A stretch of 64,000 bases of DNA from NCBI GenBank assembly GCA_018902845.1, contig JAHIPV010000020.1:74810-138809 (forward strand). Direction: 5' to 3'. Origin of the DNA: Patescibacteria group bacterium. Its GTDB lineage: Bacteria; Patescibacteriota; Microgenomatia; UBA12405. The position numbers were made by a program, and so were the translations under genes. The notes beneath the pieces are model-generated. The model searched no databases. It had not been told where the DNA came from and worked only from the letters and a program-made list of their open reading frames with translations. Below, piece after piece: positions 40,203 to 49,945 of the stretch (position 1 is the stretch's first letter; the number at the start of each line of letters is the position of its first letter).

Positions 40203-40703
40203 TTACTCTAGCACTTTAACACTGCCTACATCCAAAAGCCAAGAGGTTTTATCGGAGGCATTGGTTTCACCTTTTATTTCTACTTTACGTCCAATAAAAA
40301 GATCCAAATCCAGAACTGATGAGGTTAAAGATGCCCTTTGAGATTCACCCCCTTCTCTTTCCAGAATGTGGGTCCCAACACCATTAATACTTCCTTCTAT
40401 TAGAGTTCCGGTAGCTGAATCTTTAAAAGATTTTTCGGCCTCTCCATAGACGATACCAGTTTTGATGTCTTCGGTTTTTTCGATATTTTTGGCAGAAACT
40501 AATTCTTCTGTTTTTTGAGATTCCGATGCTGTTTTGTTACTGGGAAAAAAACGAGACAACCAAAAACCTACAAAAATAGCTGAAAAAATTACTAAAATTG
40601 CCGAAACTGGAAATTTTCTTTTTGTCTGTTTTGCTTCATTGTTAAATATTTCTGTACTGTCTGGTGCAATTTCTTTTGAATCTAAAAGGCTTGGTATTTG
40701 CAT
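40203..40703 (-). CDS. Single-TM hypothetical protein (possible OB-fold C-terminus)
   Basis: One TM segment then a beta-rich domain (DLDLFIGRKVEIKG). Confidence 0.65.
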   Translation of the reverse strand: MQIPSLLDSKEIAPDSTEIFNNEAKQTKRKFPVSAILVIFSAIFVGFWLSRFFPSNKTASESQKTEELVSAKNIEKTEDIKTGIVYGEAEKSFKDSATGTLIEGSINGVGTHILEREGGESQRASLTSSVLDLDLFIGRKVEIKGETNASDKTSWLLDVGSVKVLE

Positions 40704-40787
40704 AAATTACAAAAAATTAATAAAAGGTTATAAAAGTATAGCATTGTTTGGCAACTGTTGAGTAATGGTTTTTGTCATTTAATAATC

Positions 40788-41822
40788 TCATTTTATAGAT
40801 TGAGAAATGAAATTTTGCAGATTAGTTATATTGTCAAAACTAGGAAGAAATACCCAGGCTTTGTTTGTGAAATAATCGGGATGATATATAACCCCAGATT
40901 CATCAAACTTATCAAGACCGATGGGAATTTGGTGTTTTTTTAGATCAAGTTTAAATATACCTTTTTTTAGATTAAAAAGAATACTTAATAAAAATTCATC
41001 TGTTATGTTGCTATCGGTTTGACTTTTCCAAAAATTATAAAGCTTGGAAATATTATCCGGTTTAAAAATGAAGTTATTATCTTTTATTTTTGTAAACAAA
41101 GCTTCTATCAAAAGCTGTTGCCGTTGAGATCGGCCTATGTCGGTACCGCCGTTAGTGGCTGTATCGGCATTTTTACGAGATTTGACAAAAGGAGTGATGT
41201 TGTTTTCGTCGAGTTTATTCCATCCTTGATCGAAATTTATTGTCATGTAGGGTTTAGGGCATTTTTGAGGGTCTTTGATATAACAAGGGTCTGGGTATTG
41301 ATCATCCGTAAAAGCATTTTCTAAATAAACGTTGATTGGACCAACAAGTGCAGGTATTTGTGTGAAGCTGTCGGTTTTTATAATCAAAATTCCATCTATC
41401 TTTTGTCCGGTTAGATTACTGAATTTTTTTTGGATAGAAGAAAGGTAATCTTTTTCTGTTTCTTTTGCCTGTGGGTATATGGCGTTTATTTTGGACATTG
41501 ACTCTTGAGTCCATAAATCTCTTGGCAGAGAGATTAGGTGGATTTGTTGGTTGCTTAGGTTTAAAGAAAGAAACAGAATTGTATCGGTAACTGAGGTTTT
41601 TTCCAGCCAATCATCTCTCTTGTCAAGACCGAGCAGAAGAAAGTTTAAACTTGCGGGTAAATTTTGTGATTGCTGGTATGAAGATTTTAGTTTTGTAATC
41701 AGTTTCCGGGGTTGATGGTTTATGGAATAAGAAAAATTGACAAAAAAACGGGTTAAAAAAATAAAAAATAAAGATAAAAACAGAAAAGAAGATGTGAGTA
41801 GTATGGTAATTATTTTTTTCAT
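40788..41822 (-). CDS. LCP (LytR-CpsA-Psr) family protein
   Basis: [35 protein letters not shown]. Confidence 0.9.
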   Translation of the reverse strand: MKKIITILLTSSFLFLSLFFIFLTRFFVNFSYSINHQPRKLITKLKSSYQQSQNLPASLNFLLLGLDKRDDWLEKTSVTDTILFLSLNLSNQQIHLISLPRDLWTQESMSKINAIYPQAKETEKDYLSSIQKKFSNLTGQKIDGILIIKTDSFTQIPALVGPINVYLENAFTDDQYPDPCYIKDPQKCPKPYMTINFDQGWNKLDENNITPFVKSRKNADTATNGGTDIGRSQRQQLLIEALFTKIKDNNFIFKPDNISKLYNFWKSQTDSNITDEFLLSILFNLKKGIFKLDLKKHQIPIGLDKFDESGVIYHPDYFTNKAWVFLPSFDNITNLQNFISQSIK

Positions 41823-42892
41823 AATTTTAATTCTGCCTCTACAAATGCATCTAAATCACCATCCAAAACGGCTGTGGTATTGGATGTTTCATGTTTGGTT
41901 CTTAGGTCTTTTACCATTTTATATGGATGTAAGATATAGGATCTAATTTGATGACCCCAACTGGCCATTATGTTTTTACCTTTAACTTGTTTTTTTTCGG
42001 CTTCCCTTCTTTCTTCTTCTATGGCCCAGACCTTTGAAGTTAACATTTCCATGGCTAGTTCTCTGTTTTGTTGTTGAGAGCGCTGGCTTTGTGATGAAAC
42101 CGTTACGCCGGTAGGTTTATGAGTAAGCCTGACAGCGGTAGAAACTTTGTTGACATTTTGCCCCCCACTACCGCCTGATCTGAAAGCAGAGAATTCGATA
42201 TCTTCATCCTTTACGGGTGGTATGTCTTGCCGGTTAAAAAGTGGGTTAATCTCTACTTTGGCAAAAGAGGTTTGGCGAAGATTGTCAGCGTTAAATGGTG
42301 ATAATCTGACCAAGCGATGAACGCCAGCTTCGCGACGTAATAAACCATAAGCAAAGTTAGCTGATATTTTAAACGTAACTGATTTTATGCCGGCTTCTTC
42401 TCCAGTGATTATGTCAACGAGTTGATATTTCCATTTTTTCTTTTCAAAGAATCTTTGATACATTCTTTGGAGTATTGAGGCCCAATCCATAGCTTCTGTA
42501 CCTCCCTGACCGGCGTGGATGGAAAAAATGGCCTGGTTGGCGTCGTATTTTCCGGATAAATAGGTTTTTAATTCCAAAGCTTTGATTTGTTTTTCTAACT
42601 CAAGCAAATTTTTGTTGTAGTTATTTTTTAGCTCTTCGTCAGTTTCTTGAGAAAGTAGCTTTGAAATTCCTTGGAGAGTTGGAATGTTTGTTTCAATTTC
42701 GTCGATTTGGTTAACTGTTTCTTCTAACAGGGAAATTTGTTTCATTACTGATTGAGCGCTGGTTGAATCATCCCAAAATGAGTTTTGAAGGGATTGTTTT
42801 TTGAGAGTTTCTAGGGTTTTTTGTTTGTTATCGTAATCTAGTTTGTTTTTTAGATCTTGAATGTTTTTTGTTATTGTTTGTAGTTGGGTCAT
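41819..42892 (-). CDS. prfB: Peptide chain release factor 2
   Basis: [11 protein letters not shown] (SPF), [15 protein letters not shown]; no internal frameshift. Confidence 0.95.
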   Translation of the reverse strand: MTQLQTITKNIQDLKNKLDYDNKQKTLETLKKQSLQNSFWDDSTSAQSVMKQISLLEETVNQIDEIETNIPTLQGISKLLSQETDEELKNNYNKNLLELEKQIKALELKTYLSGKYDANQAIFSIHAGQGGTEAMDWASILQRMYQRFFEKKKWKYQLVDIITGEEAGIKSVTFKISANFAYGLLRREAGVHRLVRLSPFNADNLRQTSFAKVEINPLFNRQDIPPVKDEDIEFSAFRSGGSGGQNVNKVSTAVRLTHKPTGVTVSSQSQRSQQQNRELAMEMLTSKVWAIEEERREAEKKQVKGKNIMASWGHQIRSYILHPYKMVKDLRTKHETSNTTAVLDGDLDAFVEAELKL

Positions 42893-42900
42893 AAGTGTGT

Positions 42901-43007
42901 TGTCATTTCGACTGAAATGGAGAAATCTCTGAATTTATTTCAGAAATCCGCCTTTGGCGGATATCTCAGACAAGCTGAGAGATCCCTCGACTTCGCTCGG
43001 GATGACA
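42901..43007. mobile_element. 107-bp REPIN/MITE-like element
   Basis: Near-identical to 24621-24727. Confidence 0.8.
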
Positions 43008-43013
43008 GGTTGG

Positions 43014-43442
43014 TTAATTAGTGTTATTTTTATCATTTTCTAAGTTTTTTGTAATATCTTGATAAATGTTGTCTATGATTGACTTCTTGAGACTGTTTAT
43101 TTGTTTTTGCGGAAAATTTGGAATTTCTTTTTTTATTGTATCAAAAAAAGTGTAAATATTTTTGACTATCTTTGTATCAGTGACACCGAGTATTTTTTCT
43201 TTGGTAGGGTTTGGAAGTTTTTCAAAGTTATCGGATAAAAAAGTGGCAAGATTATTGTTGTTTGGTTGGCTTTCTTCTTTTGAAACAGTTGGATCTGTAA
43301 AATTTTTTTTTGGAGTTTTGTTAATTAAGGAAATTACCCCGAAAATTATGAACAAAAAAAGAGTAATTCTGATGATGTGCTGAAGACTCAATCTGAACGG
43401 TTCTTTTGTTTTTTTGATTCTCTTTTTTTTACGCTTGGCCAC
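43014..43442 (-). CDS. Single-TM hypothetical protein
   Basis: Basic N-terminus, TM segment, ILGV motif. Confidence 0.65.
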   Translation of the reverse strand: MAKRKKKRIKKTKEPFRLSLQHIIRITLFLFIIFGVISLINKTPKKNFTDPTVSKEESQPNNNNLATFLSDNFEKLPNPTKEKILGVTDTKIVKNIYTFFDTIKKEIPNFPQKQINSLKKSIIDNIYQDITKNLENDKNNTN

Positions 43443-43466
43443 AAACTATTTTAGCACTGAGAAGTT

Positions 43467-43694
43467 TTATTTTTTGATAAGTTTTAAAAAGTCTTCAACT
43501 GATATTTCAATTTGTTTTAGAATTGCTCTTAAGGTACCAGTTCTGACAGGACGATTGTGAACAGGGATAACCGTTCTTCGACCATCGTGATGTTTAAAAA
43601 CCACATGACTACCTTTACCTTGACGGGAAATAAAATTGAGTTTAATAAGTACTTTTTCAATTTTTCTTGGTTTTATCTGGGGCAATTTAGTCAT
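43467..43694 (-). CDS. hicA: HicA-family toxin
   Basis: RQGKGSHVVF...TVIPVH...GTLRAILKQ. Confidence 0.9.
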   Translation of the reverse strand: MTKLPQIKPRKIEKVLIKLNFISRQGKGSHVVFKHHDGRRTVIPVHNRPVRTGTLRAILKQIEISVEDFLKLIKK

Positions 43695-43701
43695 TTAAGC
43701 T

Positions 43702-43974
43702 TCAAGCAAACTGAAAAGGGAAAGGAGTACTGATTTGGGTGGTGGTAATAATATCTTGTTCGGGTTTATCAAGAGGAACAGGTTGATTATCTTCAACAAG
43801 ACTATCTATATAAAGCTGGATAGCATTTTTAACATTAGTTAAAGCCTTTTCAATAGTGTCACCATCATCAGCGACACCCAGTGTAGGACACAAGGCAGTA
43901 TAGCCTGGCTTGTTGGTTCCTGTTTGTGTGTCCGGGCTGATAATGATCCGATAGTTTAGAATTTGAGTTTGCAT
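43702..43974 (-). CDS. hicB: HicB-family antitoxin (short form)
   Basis: GYTALCPTLGVADDGDTIEKAL...AIQLY; adjacent to hicA. Confidence 0.85.
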   Translation of the reverse strand: MQTQILNYRIIISPDTQTGTNKPGYTALCPTLGVADDGDTIEKALTNVKNAIQLYIDSLVEDNQPVPLDKPEQDIITTTQISTPFPFQFA

Positions 43975-44007
43975 ATACTATAGTTTAGCAAATCAGGTAA
44001 AAATAAG

Positions 44008-44655
44008 CTATTTCGTTTGGGTGGTGATTTCGAGAATTAGATCGTCTTGTTGAATTTGATCAAGAATTTCGAGGCCGGAGACAACTTCACCAAAATTGAC
44101 ATAATCATTGGTTAAATGCCGGCAACCTTCCGTTTTAAAACAAATGAAAAACTGAGAATCGTTGCTATATTCTTTTGTGTCGGCGGTTCTGGCAAGACCT
44201 AGACTACCACGAACAAAAGGAAGATTGTTTAACTCTGATTTTTGCTTACCGCCACCGGTACCAGTTCCCAATGGGTCTCCGCCTTGGGCCATGAAACCAT
44301 CTATAACACGGTGAAATTTAAGATTGTCGTAAAAGCCTGAATTAACTTTTTCTAAGAAATTTTTGACTGTATTGGGGCATTTATCAGCGTAAAGTTTTAT
44401 AATTATTTGACCGTTTTTGGTTTTTAGTCCGATTATTGGGTTTTGATCATTTGGCATATTTGGTTGGGTTTGATTATTAACTGTTGATTGGCTTGAATCA
44501 GGAAGTGAGGAAGGCCGATCTGTCTCTTCTGGGATTTCTGCTTTTTTGGGCAAAAGAGTGCAGGCGGAGAGGAAAAATAGAGAGGCTAAAAATGGAAGAA
44601 TTAAAATCGCTTTTCCCCCTTCGGGTGACTGCGCTTTGGCTTGGTTTTGTTTCAT
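44008..44655 (-). CDS. Cyclophilin-type PPIase lipoprotein
   Basis: LSAC lipobox, FHRVIDGFMAQGGDP, SQFFI; repeat insert at 44615-44643 in the signal peptide. Confidence 0.9.
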   Translation of the reverse strand: MKQNQAKAQSPEGGKAILILPFLASLFFLSACTLLPKKAEIPEETDRPSSLPDSSQSTVNNQTQPNMPNDQNPIIGLKTKNGQIIIKLYADKCPNTVKNFLEKVNSGFYDNLKFHRVIDGFMAQGGDPLGTGTGGGKQKSELNNLPFVRGSLGLARTADTKEYSNDSQFFICFKTEGCRHLTNDYVNFGEVVSGLEILDQIQQDDLILEITTQTK

Positions 44656-44696
44656 ATGAGGTAGTATAGCAGTTTGATTTAAACTCTGCTTGTTGC

Positions 44697-44721
44697 GGGC
44701 GACCGCAAGGGTCGCCCCTAC
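44697..44721 (-). repeat. GTAG-type REP
   Basis: gggcgaccgcaagggtcgcccctac. Confidence 0.95.
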
Positions 44722-44729
44722 AAAAATTT

Positions 44730-45521
44730 TTAGAGTGATGGGAAAATTATTAGAATTTTTTTGTGACCTAGGTTGATATCTTCTTTTTTGCCTGAAGCTG
44801 GAAAATCGTGGATTGATTCCATTAACAGGGAGTAAGAGTATTTAAAATAAGCGCCGTGGCGAGTGCCAACGTCATGAACAGTAAATTGGGAATTGTTATC
44901 GTCATAGCCCAGAATGACCAGATTGTGATAATAAGGACCACCGTCATTAAAATGTTTGTTTTCTTTAAAAAGGGTTTTACCATTAGCCGGAATTATTATA
45001 GGGATATTTTGGGAAATATAGTTCTTGATTTGGTCGATAGTAGGATTATCAATAATTTCTGTTTGATAGTTCAAATAATTTTTGGCAATTCGGGCCATTT
45101 GCTGTAAATTAACGTCTTTGGTAAAGTCTTGTTGTTTTTCGTAATCAATCATAGATAGGATTGATTGGACTATTTGTTTTTCAGACGGCTTTTGGTTTTT
45201 GTAATAAAAATCAAGGGTTAAAAGAGCGGCTTCTTCACAAGCGTCTTGCCAGGGCTGATCCCAGTTTTTTTGCGGGGCTTGTTCTACAAAGGTAGTTTTA
45301 ATTAGCTTGGATTGGGGAAGAGAAGGCTGAGTAACAGAAGGCGAGACTGGTGTGCCGGTGGTTTGAGGTGTAAAGGATTGGGTTTGGGAGTTTGGAGAGA
45401 TTTGAGTGGGTTTTTGTTTTAGTTTTTTTAAAAAAAGAAAAAAAAGGCCAATAAATTCAAAAGAAAACAAGAATAGCGAGATAAAAAGATATAAGCTTTG
45501 TAATTTGCTTAGTTTTGTCAT
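44730..45521 (-). CDS. C39-like cysteine peptidase with N-terminal TM
   Basis: QAP...WQDACEEA, YHNLVILGYD, VHD; ATG 45521 from a REPIN end. Confidence 0.8.
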   Translation of the reverse strand: MTKLSKLQSLYLFISLFLFSFEFIGLFFLFLKKLKQKPTQISPNSQTQSFTPQTTGTPVSPSVTQPSLPQSKLIKTTFVEQAPQKNWDQPWQDACEEAALLTLDFYYKNQKPSEKQIVQSILSMIDYEKQQDFTKDVNLQQMARIAKNYLNYQTEIIDNPTIDQIKNYISQNIPIIIPANGKTLFKENKHFNDGGPYYHNLVILGYDDNNSQFTVHDVGTRHGAYFKYSYSLLMESIHDFPASGKKEDINLGHKKILIIFPSL

Positions 45522-45609
45522 TTCGACCAAAGCGGAGAAATCTCTTGACCACTAGCTTCTAAAAAAGATTGGGAGGTTGGGAGATCCCTCGACTACGCTC
45601 GGGATGACA
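45516..45609. mobile_element. REPIN-like doublet with an alternative spacer
   Basis: tgtcatttcgaccaaagcggagaaatctc...gagatccctcgactacgctcgggatgaca. Confidence 0.75.
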
Positions 45610-45612
45610 AAC

Positions 45613-45966
45613 TTAATAATTAAGATTTTTTTGATTAAATTGATCTAGGTCTAAGTCATTTAAGTCGAGTTGCATTTTGGGTTGAGGTATGACTTTTTCC
45701 CAGTTAACCTGACTCATTGTATTTTCCATCCAATTACTAAAAAAATTACCAAGATTCATTTTGGAAAAAATATAAATTGTGGCTGCAAAAATTACAATAC
45801 TGCCAAAAAGTCGTCCCAAGGAAAAGAAAATACCGGCGGTGAAGTTAGCCCAAGCAAATTTGAGTGGATTAGCAGAATAAATCATGAATTTGTTTTTGTT
45901 GCCAAATTCGTCGAGTTTGTTGTTTAGGTTCTTGAGCTGTTGGGTTAACCCCGTTTCTTCTTCCAT
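45613..45966 (-). CDS. Small membrane protein (DUF5665-like)
   Basis: NFTAGIFFSLG TM motif. Confidence 0.6.
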   Translation of the reverse strand: MEEETGLTQQLKNLNNKLDEFGNKNKFMIYSANPLKFAWANFTAGIFFSLGRLFGSIVIFAATIYIFSKMNLGNFFSNWMENTMSQVNWEKVIPQPKMQLDLNDLDLDQFNQKNLNY

Positions 45967-45989
45967 GATGTTTTAAGTATAATCTAAAC

Positions 45990-46988
45990 ATGAAACAAAA
46001 AGCTATCAGTCCAGTTGATGATTATTTTAAAAAAATTGATTTAGAAAAGAAAGAAGATGAGATTATCAAAAGTATTAGCCAAAAAACCGGTTTTGTATTA
46101 AAAGAGATTATTTATAAGAGTAGATATTTTACTAAAGGCGTTGGAGCTTTTGTAATGAAAGGAGAAATAAAAAAAGAGAAAGTAGTAGTAAAGGTTCAGG
46201 GGCCAAAACCGGAGATAAATGAGATTGATATGATTAACAATTTTAAAAAACAAAATAAAAGTAAATTGATTCGAGCACCAAGGATAATTAAATATTTTCC
46301 AAGAAAAATTGGCCAGGAATGGGAGGTGATTGTTATGGAAGATGTTAAGGGTAAAAAAATAATTGAGTCAGGTAAATTGGCAAGCAAGAGGCAAATTAAG
46401 GAATTTTTTGATGTTTGGGAAGAATATAAAAAAAATTGTGTTAATAAAGCATGGTTGAGTAGACCTGAAAAAAATATTTCTTATTTTTCTTCTTTTAGTA
46501 AGTTAGTGAAAATAAGAGAGGATTCAGAAGGAAAGGAACTTATTAAGGTTGAAGATGAAAAATTAATTAAAAAAACTGTTTTATTTTTAGACAGGAAATT
46601 TAAAAAAATTGAGCCTGTTTTTCTTCATGGTCATTTATCTTGCCACGATTTGATTAAATTTAAAGGAAAAGTGGTGATATTTTCTAATTTGTTTTGGAAA
46701 TACAGATGGCCGTTGTATGATTTAGTTTTTGCTTATGAATGGTATTTATTAAGTATTGCTCATGAAAATATTGAAAAAATAAAAAAACAAATTGAGTGGT
46801 GGAAAGAAGTGATGAGTAATACTAAAGAGGCCAAGAAACAGAGTAAAAATTACCATTTGGCTTTGTTAGAAAGAATGACGGCAGCGTTAAATTTGGATAT
46901 TTTGATGATAGCCGAAATTAAAGACAGAAAAAAAATGAAGACTATATTAATTAAAGAAATTAAAAGGATAAGAAAATTATTTAATTGA
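45990..46988 (+). CDS. Aminoglycoside/choline kinase-like fold protein
   Basis: VVVKV, APRI, IVMEDVKG, FLHGHL, LYDL. Confidence 0.6.
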   Translation: MKQKAISPVDDYFKKIDLEKKEDEIIKSISQKTGFVLKEIIYKSRYFTKGVGAFVMKGEIKKEKVVVKVQGPKPEINEIDMINNFKKQNKSKLIRAPRIIKYFPRKIGQEWEVIVMEDVKGKKIIESGKLASKRQIKEFFDVWEEYKKNCVNKAWLSRPEKNISYFSSFSKLVKIREDSEGKELIKVEDEKLIKKTVLFLDRKFKKIEPVFLHGHLSCHDLIKFKGKVVIFSNLFWKYRWPLYDLVFAYEWYLLSIAHENIEKIKKQIEWWKEVMSNTKEAKKQSKNYHLALLERMTAALNLDILMIAEIKDRKKMKTILIKEIKRIRKLFN

Positions 46989-47387
46989 TTTATATATTTT
47001 ATCAGCGATTTTGATCATTTGTTTTTTTGAAATTTTGACTATATTTGTAGCGTCGATGCCTTTGTTGCGGTGATGGTCGTTTAGCCATCTTGGAATAATT
47101 CTAATATGGGCATGGGGAACTTCCAGTCCTAAAGTAAGAAAGCTAATAAAATCAGCTTTAACGATTTTTTGGGTAGTTATGGCCAGTTTCTGAGCCACTT
47201 GCCAATATTTACCAAAATTTGGTACATCATAAACCCAGGGATAATGTTTTTTGGGAATTAAAAGGCTGTTGCCGATACTTAACGGTTTAATGTCTAAAAA
47301 ACCAAGAAAATGGTTGTCTTCGTATGTTTTGTAACAAGGAATTTGGTTTTTGACTATTTTACAAAAAATACAATCCATATTTGACAT
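46977..47387 (-). CDS. HIT family protein
   Basis: CIFCKIV, FLDIKP, LIPKKH, VPHAHIR. Confidence 0.85.
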   Translation of the reverse strand: MSNMDCIFCKIVKNQIPCYKTYEDNHFLGFLDIKPLSIGNSLLIPKKHYPWVYDVPNFGKYWQVAQKLAITTQKIVKADFISFLTLGLEVPHAHIRIIPRWLNDHHRNKGIDATNIVKISKKQMIKIADKIYKSIK

Positions 47388-47439
47388 TATTTTGTTTATT
47401 TTGGCATTAAAAAGATTTTAAGGCAAAATTGATTTCGAC

Positions 47440-47518
47440 GGGATCCTCCAGAGGTGGACACGTTGCCATGTCTGCGGGCGACCGCAAGGGTCGCCCCTAC
47501 AAAAAATTCGTGCAATGA
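47440..47518 (-). repeat. Intergenic composite element with GTAG-REP (47476-47500)
   Basis: ggatcctccagaggtggacacgttgcca...cccctac...gcaatga. Confidence 0.9.
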
Positions 47519-47584
47519 TAGGAATTATGGTTGGCCGAGGTGGGGGTGGAGGGATTGATCGAGTCAAACTCGACTTTGCAGGAG

Positions 47585-48604
47585 TTAGGGTTGGCCTAAA
47601 GATGGGTGGAGGGATTGGATGGTTTTTAGAAGAAGTTTTTTGACTTGAGGAAGAGACTTTTTGACTTGGGCGCCGGCGGCGGTCGGATGGCCTCCTCCTC
47701 CCAGAGCCGTGGCGATTTTAGAAAGATCGTATTTTTTTGAATCACGAGTTCGCATGCTTAGATTGCAAAGATTGGGTTCTACTTCGACAATACAAATTCC
47801 AATATTCCAGCCAGTAACCGATTTTAATATATTGCTGATGTTTGATTTGTTTGCATGTTGTAGTTTGTTTTTTTGTAATTTTTTAAGTGAAAGTGCAGAG
47901 ATTACAACATTATTTTTGAAATACATTTTAAGAGAGTTTAGGGCTAGTGCTTTAAAAAAGATTTCCTCCGGTTTATTATTGTTTTCCATTTCAAAAATAT
48001 AATCTGTAAAATTAGGGCAAATTTTTGATAATTTTGAAATTATATTGAATGAGTTGTAATCCATGGGAAAATATTTGAATCCACCGGTATCGTGAAAAAT
48101 ACCAATAAAAAGATTGATTGCGATTTTTGGTGTTATTTTTGCCTTCCATTCTTGAAATAATTTATAAACTAACTGGCAAGTGGCAGAGGAGGATGTATTA
48201 GTGAGAGAAATGTCGGTGAATTTACCTTCAAACGGATGGTGATCGATTACAATTGTTATAAGTTTTTTGGGAAAAATGATTTTTTGAGTTTGAGAAATAC
48301 GACTTTTTGAAGATGCATCAAGTATCAAAAAAAGATCAAATTTGTTTAAGTCAATTTGGAAAAAGTTTTTTTTACTTATTTTTTGGAATCCAGGTAAAGA
48401 GCTTAAATATTGCGGTAAGCTTGAATCTCCTTTTATCAGAGTTACTTTTTTGCCAATATTTTTTAAAAAATGGTACATGGCTAGGGTAGATCCGACTGAA
48501 TCGCCGTCTGGACTGGGGTGAAGATGAAGGAGGATGTTTTTGGATTTTTTTATTGAATCCAGAATTATTTTGGCTGATTTAGTGGTGACTTTGGAAAAAT
48601 GCAT
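47585..48604 (-). CDS. nrnA: DHH/DHHA1 phosphoesterase (NrnA-like)
   Basis: HPSPDGD, IDHH, DTGGF, GGGGHPTAAG. Confidence 0.85.
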   Translation of the reverse strand: MHFSKVTTKSAKIILDSIKKSKNILLHLHPSPDGDSVGSTLAMYHFLKNIGKKVTLIKGDSSLPQYLSSLPGFQKISKKNFFQIDLNKFDLFLILDASSKSRISQTQKIIFPKKLITIVIDHHPFEGKFTDISLTNTSSSATCQLVYKLFQEWKAKITPKIAINLFIGIFHDTGGFKYFPMDYNSFNIISKLSKICPNFTDYIFEMENNNKPEEIFFKALALNSLKMYFKNNVVISALSLKKLQKNKLQHANKSNISNILKSVTGWNIGICIVEVEPNLCNLSMRTRDSKKYDLSKIATALGGGGHPTAAGAQVKKSLPQVKKLLLKTIQSLHPSLGQP

Positions 48605-48623
48605 AGGAGTTATTATAGCTTAT

Positions 48624-48672
48624 TGGACAGCTAGATTACTGGACAACTAGACAACTGGATTACTGGATAACT
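48624..48672. repeat. Degenerate 8-bp tandem repeat
   Basis: ggacagct/agattact/ggacaact/agacaact/ggattact/ggataact. Confidence 0.75.
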
Positions 48673-48689
48673 TTGACAAAATTTCAATA

Positions 48690-48766
48690 GGATCCTCCAG
48701 AGGCGGACAGGTTGCCACGTTTGCGGGCGACCGCAAGGGTCGCCCCTACAAAAATTTGGCAATGAC
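48690..48766 (-). repeat. Composite element with GTAG-REP (48725-48749) supplying the Fic stop codon
   Basis: TAG of GTAG is the ORF stop at 48746-48748. Confidence 0.9.
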
Positions 48767-49798
48767 CGAGTCCACGTCAAACGTGGCCTTGGCAAGCTCG
48801 GTTGCACAAGGTTTTTGTTTTGCTTTGTAGGTGGCGGCACGAGTGACGCCGATTTTGATAATAAAGTTTTGATCTTGAAGTTTTTTTATATCATAATGAA
48901 GCGTTTTTGGGTTTATGGCGGGGAAACGACGAGAGATGAAATTAAAGGAAGAATATGGATGATCTTTTAGAATTTTTACAATTTCACTACGGCGGGGAGG
49001 AAGAAAATCTTCGGGCAAGGGCTTGGTGGTGTTTGTCAATTTTTTTAAAAGAGATTCGGTTTGAGAAATTAGAGATTTTAGGAAAAATTCAACAAACGGA
49101 GTAGTGTTTTTGTTCGATTCCAGTGTTTGATAATACAATTCTCTATGTTTATCTATGTATTGCTCAAAAGAGATTAAGCCTTTTAATCCAAAGCCTCCTT
49201 TGTTTAATATAAAAGCAGAAAGAAGACGACCGGCTCTGCCGTTACCATCTGCAAACGGATGAATTTTTTCAAAAAGGAATTGGGTGATGGCAGAATTTAC
49301 ACAAACATGATGTTTTGATGCATTACTGGTTTGAATAAGTTTTTTGGTGAGTTGTGGAACTTTGAAATGGGCCGGAGCCAGATAAACAGCAATTCCTGCT
49401 TGGTTAAAAATAGCCCACGGTTCTGTTCTAAATTGACCGGCTTTGTAATTTATGTTTTTTAAAATCAGCATGTGAAGCTGGCGGACAAATTTGAGAGTTA
49501 GTTTTTTTGGCGCTTTTTTTGAGGAAATGAATTTATATGCTTTTTGTAAATTAAAAAGTTCCAGTTTGTGTAAATTTTTTGGTGCTTTTTTTTTGGAAAT
49601 TGCATTTATGGAATTTAGAGTTAGAGGATTGCCTTCGATTTTGGCTGAAAAAAGTGAACTTTTTAATAATGACTGACGACGAAGATTTTTTTGGATTTGT
49701 GTGGGTATTTCTTGTTGATTAAAAACGATTTTTAGCGCTTCGATTTTAATAAGAAGTTTTTTTATTGATGAAGTTTGTTTATATTTGAAATCTAACAT
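48746..49798 (-). CDS. Fic family protein with C-terminal HTH
   Basis: HPFADGNGRAGR, SAKIEGN. Confidence 0.9.
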   Translation of the reverse strand: MLDFKYKQTSSIKKLLIKIEALKIVFNQQEIPTQIQKNLRRQSLLKSSLFSAKIEGNPLTLNSINAISKKKAPKNLHKLELFNLQKAYKFISSKKAPKKLTLKFVRQLHMLILKNINYKAGQFRTEPWAIFNQAGIAVYLAPAHFKVPQLTKKLIQTSNASKHHVCVNSAITQFLFEKIHPFADGNGRAGRLLSAFILNKGGFGLKGLISFEQYIDKHRELYYQTLESNKNTTPFVEFFLKSLISQTESLLKKLTNTTKPLPEDFLPPRRSEIVKILKDHPYSSFNFISRRFPAINPKTLHYDIKKLQDQNFIIKIGVTRAATYKAKQKPCATELAKATFDVDSVIAKFL

Positions 49799-49851
49799 TT
49801 TATGAAAACTATGGGCATATATAGACTACTAAACTCCAATTTCACTGGAGA

Positions 49852-49894
49852 CCTCGCATTCGCGAGAGATCCCTCGGCTTCGCTCGGGATGACA
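49852..49894 (-). repeat. Intergenic REP with extra module
   Basis: cctcgcattcgcgagagatccctcggcttcgctcgggatgaca. Confidence 0.85.
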
Positions 49895-49945
49895 GTCTGT
49901 TAGATAATGTTAGATGATATTAGGAGATATTGGAAGATGTTAGAT

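Noticed and set aside
41819-42892. Programmed +1 frameshift in prfB
   Set aside because: The ORF is continuous with no CTT-TGA slip site near the start.
43467-43974. hicBA or Fic as part of a defence island or prophage
   Set aside because: Isolated among housekeeping genes with no phage or defence neighbours.
48631-48840. 69-aa ORF, and similar ORFs at 1913-2263, 23003-23215, 28935-29147, 55005-55531
   Set aside because: These are translations of GC-rich repeat sequence or shadows of real genes.
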